Positions 51,935 through 64,000 of a stretch of DNA of 64,000 nucleotides are shown here, one piece after another. The position numbers and the translations under genes were made by a program. This DNA comes from Octopus bimaculoides. Its lineage: Eukaryota. Below the pieces are notes generated by a model that made no database searches, had not been told where the DNA came from, and saw only the letters and a program-made list of their open reading frames with translations. How positions within the stretch are numbered: position 1 is the first letter of the stretch; each line of letters starts with the position of its first letter. The stretch spans positions 79,434,777-79,498,776 of the forward strand of contig NC_068986.1 in the NCBI RefSeq assembly GCF_001194135.2. The letters run 5' to 3'.

Positions 51935-52018
51935 GTTCAGAACAGCTGTTTCAGACGTGTTCGTTATTGATGAACAAAAATGTTACATCATGAGTAAAAT
52001 CGTTTTCTTCAGGTGAAT
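51935..52018 (-). ncRNA. Type I hammerhead ribozyme motif (slightly degenerate)
   Basis: ATTCAC-CTGAAGA (52012-52006)-AAACG...TGATGTAACATTTTTGTTCATCA...CGTCT-GAAA (51952-51949)-CAGCTGT-T-CTGAAC; palindromic stem III ACAGCTGT; first stem I pair mismatched. Confidence 0.55.
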
Positions 52019-52702
52019 AAAAAGAAAATTTAACAATTAGAAGTTCTAACAAAATAGGACATGCTGTGAGACGACCCAACCAACCCGGTTAAAGCTGGGA
52101 GAGTGAATAAGTGGAGCTATTACTAAGTTTATATTAATGAATTCGCTATAGAGATCAAAATAACAGGTAATAAAATGAAACTAGGGATTATAAATAAAAT
52201 TAACGTTGTTTGCAGTAGGGATGACAGAGGTGCTTTTGAAGCAGAGAACAAAAGTAAGAGAATAGATGAGTAGGGAGGACGAGTACATGAACATATACAC
52301 ATACGTGTGTACAACTATATAATTGTAATTAGATGTGTAAATAAAAGACACGGCGCTTATGGGGAGAATATTTTTCATTACGGTTGAATGAAGGTTACCG
52401 AATACCAGCGACAATATATTTTAACCCTTTGGTAACGTTCAGAAAATTTGATGCAACCCTAACTTTTTAGAATGAAGTAATTTTAGAAGAGAAACCCTTA
52501 TTGTCTGTTATTCTTTTGAGTCGTTGAAGCGCAGCGGTACCGAGGTATTCCTGATAAAAAGGTACACAGGCGTACTCAATCTTTTAACGTAATCATCATT
52601 TATCCTTAAACATATTACATCGGAACTAGTGTGACTTCAATGTTTCAGAATTAATCAATTAGACAATATAATATAAAATGAAATCCTTGCTAACATTTCA
52701 TT

Positions 52703-52762
<60 letters not shown>

Positions 52763-52810
52763 NNNNNNNNNNNNNNNNNNNNNNNNNNNNNNNNNNNNNN
52801 NNNGAGAGAA

Positions 52811-52879
<69 letters not shown>

Positions 52880-53662
52880 AAGAGAGAGAGAGGGGGTAGA
52901 GAGAGAGAGAGAGTGAGAGAGAAAGAAAGACAGACAGACAGACAGACATACAGACAGCTAGACAGACAGACAGATTGATGTGGTTACTAATGTTACTTAG
53001 TGCAATATCAGTTCTGATTAAGAATATTAAGAATACCGACAAAAGATTACTTTTTCTGGGATCATGTATCTAGGACTACAATATTCAATGTTTCTTTCAG
53101 TTGTTTTCAGACTACAGAATGATTGCCGGGAGATATGGCTTCTATTTCTAGCAGATTTAGTGAATTCGTATAGACTTTCTTATTGACTGTTCTTTTGCCC
53201 TTAGTCAGCTCTGACTGAGCAGATATACGGCCAAAGACTTTCCAGCTCGGACCATCCCATTTTTTTTTGTCAGCAGTAATATATCCCTAACTACATTATA
53301 CAGTATATCCTTCCACTTTTGAAGACTGCAGGATGTAAATGCAGGAGGACTGCTGTATCTTGCAGGTCGATTGGCTATGTTGAAGTTCCATTCAATGCTC
53401 GTCTAAAATGGTAAGTATAAATGCATGACATATTTTCTTTTATCAAATAGTTATTTGAAGAGGTACTAGTGCATCAAATAAAATGCCTTACAGCACCTGT
53501 TCCCATTCTAAGTGCTCTGAGTTCAAGTCAGGTTAAATGAAACATAAGATTTCATCCCTTCAAAGTGCATATAGTTCTCTCTTTCTATGGATTTTTTTTT
53601 TTTTGCCAATCCCTTTTTCTACCACTTTCTCTCTGTAAGAAAACAAATGTGATCAAAACCTG

Positions 53663-53733
<71 letters not shown>

Positions 53734-54108
53734 TAGAGGATATGTTAACCTCGTAAAGGGATGGTTCAATACTTTAGTCTTGAGGAATGAAATTCCCTTA
53801 AAACAATAGCTATACATTAAACATATAGTTTATATCCAGTTAAATCAAGAAAAGAAAATGGGGTGTAGGAAGTTAACAATTATTTATTATTAACGAATTG
53901 CTCATCCTTACCCCTTACCACATCACATCACACCACTCCGCACACTAGCACTGATCACTCCCCAGCACACACACTAGCACTGACCACTTCGCAGCACCTA
54001 AACCATCATCAATGTCACCAATCCCCTTCCACACGCACATAAACGCTCTCACATACACAAGCACGTGCACATTCGATTTGGGATCACCACTACTTTATCA
54101 TCTCCACT

Positions 54109-54177
54109 ATTTACGCTGATGATCCTGCAGATATTTACTTATGTAAATTTTAACAGGTGAAACCATGGTACGTAAAT
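54109..54177 (+). ncRNA. Type I hammerhead ribozyme motif (near-perfect)
   Basis: Stem I ATTTACG/CGTAAAT (7 bp perfect); CTGATGA 54116-54122; stem II (T)CCTG..CAGG(T) with inner ATTTAC/GTAAAT; GAAA 54159-54162; palindromic ACCATGGT; GTA triplet ending 54170. Confidence 0.8.
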
Positions 54178-55427
54178 TAATCGTTTTTTAATTTAGTATT
54201 TTTTCATTTGTCTTACTCGTTTACAGTCTGTTGTGTCGCTGATTTTTCTACTGAGAACATACTTTTTCGTGGTTGGATGATATGGCATCTATTTCTAGCA
54301 TTCAGGAATCCACATTTGCTGGTCATTCCTCTTATTCTTGTATGTAATATAATTTTAATCTTCGGATTTTTTTAATATGCTAGACCACTGGTTTTAATTG
54401 ATCAATATCAATTTCTACCCTCATTAATAAATTTTAAATAAATAATACATGTTNNNNNNNNNNNNNNNNNNNNNNNNNNNNNNNNNNNNNNNNNNNNNNN
54501 NNNNNNNNNNNNNNNNNNNNNNNNNNNNNNNNNNNNNNNNNNNNNNNNNNNNNNNNNNNNNNNNNNNNNNNNNNNNNNNNNNNNNNNNNNNNNNNNNNNN
54601 NNNNNNNNNNNNNNNNNNNNNNNNNNNNNNNNNNNNNNNNNNNNNNNNNNNNNNNNNNNNNNNNNNNNNNNNNNNNNNNNNNNNNNNNNNNNNNNNNNNN
54701 NNNNNNNNNNNNNNNNNNNNNNNNNNNNNNNNNNNNNNNNNNNNNNNNNNNNNNNNNNNNNNNNNNNNNNNNNNNNNNNNNNNNNNNNNNNNNNNNNNNN
54801 NNNNNNNNNNNNNNNNNNNNNNNNNNNNNNNNNNNNNNNNNNNNNNNNNNNNNNNNNNNNNNNNNNNNNNNNNNNNNNNNNNNNNNNNNNNNNNNNNNNN
54901 NNNNNNNNNNNNNNNNNNNNNNNNNNNNNNNNNNNNNNNNNNNNNNNNNNNNNNNNNNNNNNNNNNNNNNNNNNNNNNNNNNNNNNNNNNNNNNNNNNNN
55001 NNNNNNNNNNNNNNNNNNNNNNNNNNNNNNNNNNNNNNNNNNNNNNNNNNNNNNNNNNNNNNNNNNNNNNNNNNNNNNNNNNNNNNNNNNNNNNNNNNNN
55101 NNNNNNNNNNNNNNNNNNNNNNNNNNNNNNNNNNNNNNNNNNNNNNNNNNNNNNNNNNNNNNNNNNNNNNNNNNNNNNNNNNNNNNNNNNNNNNNNNNNN
55201 NNNNNNNNNNNNNNNNNNNNNNNNNNNNNNNNNNNNNNNNNNNNNNNNNNNNNNNNNNNNNNNNNNNNNNNNNNNNNNNNNNNNNNNNNNNNNNNNNNNN
55301 NNNNNNNNNNNNNNNNNNNNNNNNNNNNNNNNNNNNNNNNNNNNNNNNNNNNNNNNNNNNNNNNNNNNNNNNNNNNNNNNNNNNNNNNNNNNNNNNNNNN
55401 NNNNNNNNNNNNNNNNNNNNNNNNNNN

Positions 55428-55461
<34 letters not shown>

Positions 55462-55662
55462 CAATATACATATATACACAGGTTTCTTTTTCTCTGATGA
55501 ACTAATGCTTTTTTACGTAAATGCAAATTTAATTTACAAATTTGTATTTAAATTATTGAGCTTTAATCGAAACAGCTGTAAGAAGTAGGGATGACAAATT
55601 AATTTATAATAAATAATTTTTAACTTCCTACTCTCCATGTTCTTTTCTTCCTTTAACTGGAT

Positions 55663-55700
<38 letters not shown>

Positions 55701-55799
55701 GTCACGTCATTATGATTCTGTCAAGACCTGACAGCCACGTCTTTAATGATATCCTCTGAAACAGCCAAGTAGTGTGGATGACGCGGAAATCGTTCAACA

Positions 55800-56250
55800 T
55801 AAAGATTACGGTAAGGATACACGTGTCTGCAGAATACTCGGCCACTGTACACTCTAAGCTATGACATGTACCCAAGGGGATAAAATAATTAGTAATATGT
55901 AATGCTTTGCTTTGATAACTTTGGGCACTTGTTGCGAAATGGTCTTAGCATCATAATTTATCATCAAATGTACTACTTTGTGATTTGTTTCCTAATCGAT
56001 AAACTGGGATTCATAAGCTTGGTATCAAATATTTAGGTTGCTTGAAGAAACTGAATATCTCTCTCTACATATCCAGGTCTACTCTACGGTTCAAATATGC
56101 CTTTTTTTCAAACTTTCGAATGTGTATTTCGGTAAAACAAACGTTCACTCTATTTAGATATATTGTCAAAACTTGTCACGCTATATTTATATAGCATGTT
56201 TGCTCGTGTTAGAATATCACATGCAGTAATAGTAGGACAGTATGTCCCTA
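55800..56250 (+). mobile_element. Possible ancient LINE RT relic (L1/Tx1-like)
   Basis: Only GIKYLGCL (about 56020-56045) and a weak downstream LS..G..S.YIY resemblance. Confidence 0.2.
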
Positions 56251-57270
56251 AGGTAACGGTCTGTTACTCACACATGTACTTATCTGCAGATTTCATTGAC
56301 CTCTACATATAACGGCCAACTGCTGTTTGATAGAACAACCATTATGTTCAGCTATATATAAGTCTGTGCTTCCCAGTAAGAAATCCCCCATACCTAACTC
56401 CAAGAGTAGTTGTGTGCTTATTTTATAGATGAAATAGGTCACATATTCATCGAATCTAAATCGGAATTCTTTCGGGATTGAGAAGTAGTTATAATTATGT
56501 TCCTTTCACATCGTTTCTAACTAAATCAGTATATATACATATATATATATATANNNNNNNNNNNNNNNNNNNNNNNNNNNNNNNNNNNNNNNNNNNNNNN
56601 NNNNNNNNNNNNNNNNNNNNNNNNNNNNNNNNNNNNNNNNNNNNNNNNNNNNNNNNNNNNNNNNNNNNNNNNNNNNNNNNNNNNNNNNNNNNNNNNNNNN
56701 NNNNNNNNNNNNNNNNNNNNNNNNNNNNNNNNNNNNNNNNNNNNNNNNNNNNNNNNNNNNNNNNNNNNNNNNNNNNNNNNNNNNNNNNNNNNNNNNNNNN
56801 NNNNNNNNNNNNNNNNNNNNNNNNNNNNNNNNNNNNNNNNNNNNNNNNNNNNNNNNNNNNNNNNNNNNNNNNNNNNNNNNNNNNNNNNNNNNNNNNNNNN
56901 NNNNNNNNNNNNNNNNNNNNNNNNNNNNNNNNNNNNNNNNNNNNNNNNNNNNNNNNNNNNNNNNNNNNNNNNNNNNNNNNNNNNNNNNNNNNNNNNNNNN
57001 NNNNNNNNNNNNNNNNNNNNNNNNNNNNNNNNNNNNNNNNNNNNNNNNNNNNNNNNNNNNNNNNNNNNNNNNNNNNNNNNNNNNNNNNNNNNNNNNNNNN
57101 NNNNNNNNNNNNNNNNNNNNNNNNNNNNNNNNNNNNNNNNNNNNNNNNNNNNNNNNNNNNNNNNNNNNNNNNNNNNNNNNNNNNNNNNNNNNNNNNNNNN
57201 NNNNNNNNNNNNNNNNNNNNNNNNNNNNNNNNNNNNNNTATGTTCATGACTGTATATACATGAATGTAGT

Positions 57271-57644
57271 GGAGGCGCAATGGTCCAGTGGTTAGGGCAG
57301 CGGACTCGCGGTCATAGGATCGCGGTTTCGATTCCCAGACCGGGCGTTGTGAGTGTTTATTGAGCGAAAACAACTAAAGCTCCACGAGGCTCCGGCAGGG
57401 GATGGTGTCGAACCCTGCTGTACTCTTTCACCACAACTTTCTCTTACTTCCTGTTTCTGTTGTGCCTGTAATTCAAAGGGTCAGCCTTGTTACGCTGAAT
57501 ATACCCGAGAGCTACGTTAAGAGAACACGTGTCTGTAGAGTGCTCAGCCACTTGCACGTTAATTTCACGAGCAGGCTGTTCCGTTGATCGGATCAACTGG
57601 AACCATCGACGTCGTAAGCGACGGAGTGCCCACAACAACAAACA
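57271..57644 (+). mobile_element. Full-length family C SINE with a 13-bp TSD
   Basis: GGAGGCGCAATGGTCCAGTGGTTAGGGCAGCGG..GGTTTCGATTCCC head, (CAA)n tail; TSD ATACATGAATGTA at 57256-57268 and 57645-57657. Confidence 0.92.
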
Positions 57645-59553
57645 ATACATGAATGTATATGAACTCCCATAATGAAGAATATCTATATGCCGACTGACTG
57701 CATCCAACAGAAACGGATATTTACACGCTTGTGCTTTAGTTATTTCGTAATGTGGAATATGTCAGTTATATGCTCCAAATTCTGGTTATATGAAGAACTA
57801 ATGTGTTAAAACGAATCTTTCATTTTCGACGAATCGTTTGTGAGTACGATCGTATATGACTCCTAACATCACAGCTTTCGTATTTTTAGGAGAAATATAT
57901 ATCTCAGAAAGGAAAGACAGATTTAAATTACAACCCAGTGAATCTGTTAATCGCACATCATAAAACAACAAATATGTCTATGAATGAGAATATGATATTA
58001 AGCATTTTAATGGCTTATTTTTCGCAACTCAGAAATAAATTCGACGTTACTCAATGAATGCGTCAAGCAATCAGGTGTCGGTTCCGATTTGGTATCCTGA
58101 AATAGTTTTTGAGTTAATGTCTAAAACAGAACGTTGAACTCTACTTCTTTAGTTGTGTAATAACATTGAATACCGGGATGTTCAATAGTATGATGCCAAA
58201 GGAAAATGATAATTCATGATCACAGCAAATTAAATTATTATAAGACACTGCTGAAAGTATTAAACCTTATATTTGATATACATGCTAACATTGCCAATGA
58301 AAATAAATAAACTCCTGCTACTATGACTTTTGTTCGTAGGCAACAATAAATAACTCTAAGCATCCGTTCTCCTCGGTTATCGTTTTATCAGCTGAATGCA
58401 GTATATCTGTCGATTTATTTAGAAAAGTATTTCCTCTTCTTTGTATGTCTTTCTTGTGGTGACCTAAAGTAACTCCTACCGTAAAATAGCGCCACTATGG
58501 GATTCATCATAAAATTTTCAATAAATAAAACCAATAATTATATGTTCCAGTAGTTTCTTTCCATAATCTCAATAGCACGATAACTGAAGTAAATGAAGTT
58601 ATTTGCCCATCAGTTTATTTTAGTTAAGTACAAAAAGCTAAAAGAAAACAAACACTTAGCCAAATATATATACGGTTTCTACTTTATTTCATAAGTCGCA
58701 ATAACCATCTAAGTTTTGTAAACAAGAAATTGTATAAGTCAGTAGCCAGAACAGCCTCATGTTTTAACCAACGATGACACACAAGCCATTGAATCTTCAG
58801 CACACAATCGATTTGGTCAGCGCCGATTCCTTTAATAGTGTAATATCTCGGGAAGCTAAAACAATATTTTTTCTATGTGAATAAAAAAGTAAATATCTTT
58901 TTTTTCTATACTGATCTGAATAAACAATAAAAAGCTTTTAATATACTAAACTATGTAAACAATCTGAGAAACATTTTATGTCATTTATTTCTTTTCTTTG
59001 TTGTTCTTACCTTCATTTTGTTTATTTATTTACTCTCAGTCTCATATTTCCACTTTTATGTTACTCTTTCAAAGTGTTATTTTGAACATCTGTCTTCGTG
59101 AATTAATATGTTCGCTCCATGATCACACACTACATAGTTGTCTCGGAAATTATATATTCTCTTTTCAGCAGTTTGCATGTTTTTATTGCTGATCATAAAT
59201 TCTAAATATCAATGCAAAAGTATTAATATTGATTACGTAAATAGTATGGGTCTTTCAGCTTTGGATAGACAACAAAAAGTGTTAGGCTTGAATGGTTGCC
59301 AATATAAATGAATATACACTATTATAATTTCTCATGGTCAACACCCAGCTATGTACTCGCGCTGATTTCTCTCGATATAGCTCTTATTCTGAGCGAAACA
59401 TTACCTCTGTCGCATAATTTATCAATTCTTCTGCCTCAAAATTGCTTTTAAATCAGAGACGAACTATAACACTCCTTAAAATGAGAGTAAACTCCTTATG
59501 GAAGTTTAGTCGTGTATAGTGTGATGGATACTTTCAAATTTAGTCATTATATA

Positions 59554-60190
59554 GGCGCAGTCATAGTTCGTGGTAAGAATTTTGCCTCCCAACCACAAGG
59601 TTCTAGGTAGCACCTAGGCAAAGTTTTATCAAAGCCTTTTAAGCTTAGGTCTTCTCGTATATATATAATAGACACACACACGTGCTCGCACGCACACACA
59701 CACACATATAATATATAATATATGTATATAGATGGATATATATATATGTGTGTGTGTGTGTTTGTTTGTTTCTCTGTGTGTGTGTGTGTGTGTGTGTGTT
59801 TGTTTCTGTGTGTGTGCGTGTGTATGTGTGCGTCTGTGTGTGTGTGTGTGTGTATATAACTATATGCGGGGTGGGGTTCATAATAAATATATCTATGCGT
59901 CTGTGTACATTTATGTATCTATATATCTATGTATTTATGTGTGTACGCAGGTATGTATATATATGTATAGTGATGTATGTATTTTTTTGGTTTGTCCCCC
60001 AGCATTGCTAGACAACCGATGTTGGTTTCTTTACGTCCACCTTACCTTAGTCTTTCGTGAAGAAAACGATGTAATAAGCACCAGAATTAACAAAATAATT
60101 ACTAATGTCTATTCATTTGACTAAACCATTTCAAGGTGGTGCTACAGCATGAGCGCAATCCAGTAACTGAATCAAGTATAAGATAAAAGA
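59554..60190 (+). mobile_element. Old family A SINE with an expanded internal microsatellite
   Basis: Degenerate head GGCGCAG..GTGGTAAGAA..CCCAACCAC; 3' half from about 59990 (GACAACCGATGTTGG..AAGGTGGTGCTACAGCATG..AACTGAATCAAG). Confidence 0.65.
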
Positions 60191-62662
60191 CATTTGGTGA
60201 CGTTTTATGTTTTTACACTAGAATTTTTAGGGAGAGACGCCTCCAGAATCTATTTTATTTACTCAAAACGTGTTTCCATTCTATAATTTTCTCTGTAGTT
60301 ACTAAATATAGGGTGTTATGTCTCTATATTTTTTTTTTCACTTCATTTAGTAATGTTTTGTGGCGTTTCAATAATTTTCACCATTACTGCTATACCTCAC
60401 CCACTTTTACTTTCCTCTATATTTCTTCGCGATCAAACGAAACATCTGTGTTGTCACTCGATTTCCAGGATCTAGCTATCAAACTTGCTCTGTGATAACA
60501 CTCTACTCAAAAGGAGACATTAGATAATGTAGTCATACACACATTAAGTGTAAACGAGTAGAGATAGTCAGGAATGGATTCTTATTTCTAGTTTATACGC
60601 CAAATGGAATATTGCCTCAATATTATGCCAAGAAGGCATAATTCGTAGTATTTTGGCAGAACATTTTATGAGAACACATTTTGAAGTAATTTAAACTAAA
60701 TAGTTTAATCCTAAAGATAACGAAAAGAAACATTGCATTTAGACTGTTTCCCTAAAAGAGTAGGAAATCCAAAACAGATTTGTATTTGGAAAATAAGTGG
60801 AAACACAAATCTGCGAAATTACTCAAAATGTTATTACTAACATTAAATATCCAAACAGATTTCCCAAAACTAATAAAGAAATATTCTTGCTACAATTAGT
60901 ATTCAAAATTTCCACGAAAACATCTCCAGAAAAATGAACAGAACAGATTTTCCTTTAGATATGTACAGAATGAATAACATTGAGTGAAAAGTAATGAAGA
61001 GAATTTGGGGTGCTCATTCTTTCCATATAACGTGGAGCGAGCTTACATAAAATAAAAACTACTAAAATGTATAATTATTTTCAGCCTGTGTTCCATACAC
61101 ATTATAGATGTCACATAATATCCGAAGTATGTTTAGCGTTCCTTACATAAAAGCGCAGGCTCGATATAAATAGATACAAGTTATGTTTTTAAATTGATTT
61201 AATTGACTGCATATAGAAAGAACGTCGAAGCTTCTCTGTGTGTATTGAAGTATCTCAATAATTGTTGAAAAAGACCTTGCAGAAAAAGAAATACAAATCC
61301 AAATTTATTGCAAAATGAATAACGAAAATATAAAAATGCTTCAAGGCAACAAATTCTTAATGCGTATGCTTAACTGAAGACACGCCACACACCTACCCAC
61401 ATACATAAGCACTCACACAAACACGCATGCACGGGCACACACACACACACATACGTACGCACACACACACACAAGGCTGTACAGATCAGATCGAAAAAGT
61501 TTACAATGGGAACAATAATTGTGATAGACGTCATTATAAACAGTAAGGGATCGATAAGATTAAGTAGAAGCAAAATACAAGGGTTTATTTGATCGACTAA
61601 AACCTCCTTTAAAATTGCAAGCCATGTGCCTATATAAGAAAAAGAATTATACAGGAGCAACTTTTTATTTCTATATTTTCAACGATTGTTTCATCAAGTG
61701 TAACATTTTTTCTTTTGGCGGCTTTTCTCAATTAATTATTTTGCTTAGAAAATCTGCTATAAATTTAACAAAACAAAAATCGTTTTTATATATTTGCAAA
61801 GCGTTAACGCCATACTTTAGATAATTCAACTGTATGCCCAGGATTCTTGCATTTGTTTCTCGACTTACAGAAATGCAAACTGAAAGTACGATTATAGCAT
61901 TAAAAAACAATACATAGTACGCAATAATAAAAGTATTTTCCTTCTATATTTCCCCTATTCCTTTTACAGTTAGATATTTACATTCAAAATAACTACACAA
62001 TGATAAAGATCATTTAAGTTTAACCAAATAAGATTTTCTACATATTTGGCACGCGGGCAATCTCTGTCACACAGCTTATATTTATATGTCACGATTTTCG
62101 ATACTATAAAAATAAGTAACGACACTTTCTTTTGGTGTTTAAAATACGTTAGGTTGTAAGGTGTTTATGCTTTTTCCTCCAAATTAACGGCTTGAACATG
62201 AGAGTATTTGATATAAATAGCAAATCAAAGTTAAGATGTGATTTTCAAGAAAATTATCTCTTTTTCGTCGGTGTCTATCACTCTAAAACTGCCAATATCA
62301 CTTTCTTTTTCCTATAGTACAAATACATTAAACACTGCATAGAGGTTTCTGGAAGATGGCAATCAAGGATGTCCCATATATCTACTAAGCATCCATAATT
62401 TCTACCGTTGAATATAATGACCAATATTTAGCAACAAACCAAAGGGGATAATATACCAGTCATTAAGGGATTATGCATATAATTCTCTCTATGTGCCAGT
62501 GATACCAACTTCAGGTATCCCTCAAATCACACCCAACCATTTTATGAAAGCAATGACACATTAGACAAGATATTTCTATGCAGATCATACCACTTTCTTT
62601 ATTCTTCTAAAACCTTTTGTACAGGCATTATCCATACACAACCAAAACAGACCTTTCAACTC

Positions 62663-62702
62663 AAATCTCCACCTGCCGCTGTGAAGAGGCAGGTCGAGAT
62701 TT
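62663..62702. other. Isolated GC-rich 14-bp hairpin
   Basis: AAATCTC-C-ACCTGCC[10 nt]GGCAGGT-C-GAGATTT. Confidence 0.6.
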
Positions 62703-63265
62703 GGAAATATTCGGAAATATTCTCTGTTGGATACATATCAATCTTGTGTCTTTCAGTAGCACAAATATGCAATAATTACACTAATCAGGGAAATAATCTT
62801 GTTTCCTTTCTTCCCGGGTCTTAGACAACACGCAACTAAAACCGTCAATGTTAATAAAAATGCTAGACCTCACAATTATTGATTAACTCTTCGGATGATC
62901 TCACATTCATAACCACACAAATTGCATCGCATAAAGTAATTGTCTTCTTCAAAACTATAATGCAGCTCATTTCGCAAGAGCTACAGGTTCTTCATCAAAT
63001 TTAAGTAACACCCATAATGGAAACTGCTGCTATATTTTTGTAATAGTGTTTGTGGTGTTCTTGTTGCATACATTAATATTTTAGACTGCGCCTAAGTGAA
63101 AGCTAGCAAGTATAGTGTCGTGAAACTAATCATCCCATCCAACTACCGCTGCTACGATGACCGCTGATGCTTGGAGATAGCTGACAGCATATAATCTACA
63201 CGAAAACGTATACATGAACGCACACACACATTCACAATGCACAAATTCACAACAAACAAACAAGT

Positions 63266-63334
<69 letters not shown>

Positions 63335-64000
63335 CATACCAGGCTCACTACTTTCTAATTCTCTGAAATTTTGTCTACCGCATCTTCCATCGTACTTGCC
63401 CATGTTCTTCCAACCGTTCTCAACTTGTAGTTATTCAAGACGAGCATCGATGTCATGAAGCTCACTGGTCTTGGAATATATGCAAAGGTTATGGGAAGGG
63501 TCCTTTCCGCTCGAATAAATGTAAAATCAAAGAAAAAATATGCACTATGCCAGAAAATAATTAAAGAAACTGATGATCACAGTTGGAACATCTTTGATAC
63601 AATGTATGACAAGTGCTAACCTGTAACCAATCACCGCTCCTCCTACAAAACGAACATCACCTGCTGTAGCACCAATATCGCTTTCATCACCATCACCACT
63701 GTCCCCATCATCATCTCCACCATCAACAATAAACATAGTAAAACAATAAGTAAAAAAAAAAAACAATATGAAGAGCAGCGACATGCTCAACGTGACACTC
63801 ATGTCACATAGAAGAGCTGCCTTGAAATTTGTTTTGGCATCTAACATACACTCAATAAAGATGATTTAAATGACATAAGAGCAATTTCTTTCATTGGCTA
63901 CCTCTTGTTTTCGGTATATTTGATCTGAGCCTATTGCAGCTAATCAAAGACAATAAAGTCCATTCAAAGGAACCTCTATGCCATCGCTCGACATGCTAAA

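Larger units (their letters stand above)
5333..57238. other. 17 assembly gaps (N runs), largest about 54454-55428, 46272-46979 and 56553-57238
   Basis: N runs, most with a microsatellite on one or both sides; they produce the X-filled ORFs. Confidence 0.95.

Noticed and set aside
57271-57345. tRNA-like sequence (also 35510-35582, 14285-14350)
   Set aside because: SINE heads: they continue into SINE bodies with TSDs and do not form a complete cloverleaf.
7212-57373. Long X-containing ORFs
   Set aside because: Artefacts of translating across N gaps.

Overview
AT-rich, microsatellite-saturated, gapped eukaryotic DNA with 17 N-gaps, most abutting simple repeats. The SINE families and repeat landscape strongly suggest an octopus (coleoid cephalopod) genome; this is inferred from memory, not from a search. 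No intact protein-coding gene is supported, and most ORF-track entries are microsatellite or N artefacts. The window holds: a TIR/TSD-bounded non-autonomous hAT element (313-1907), two mariner relics, a CR1-group LINE (39.9-41.8 kb), a decayed R4/Dong-like LINE (15-16.3 kb), many tRNA-derived SINEs of at least three families, minisatellites and several long fold-back inverted repeats. The main discovery is a set of unrelated type I hammerhead-ribozyme motifs (54109-54177, 8422-8534, 51935-52018, 51461-51527, plus a relic at 30945-31008). Each has an 8- or 6-nt palindromic stem III and an unusually long stem II, and several sit inside or at the apex of inverted-repeat structures. This points to Penelope-like or retrozyme elements. 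Also notable: a SINE/LINE shared 3' tail with a covarying stem-loop, a hairpin-bounded microinversion between tandem duplicates, and a few weak exon-like relics.
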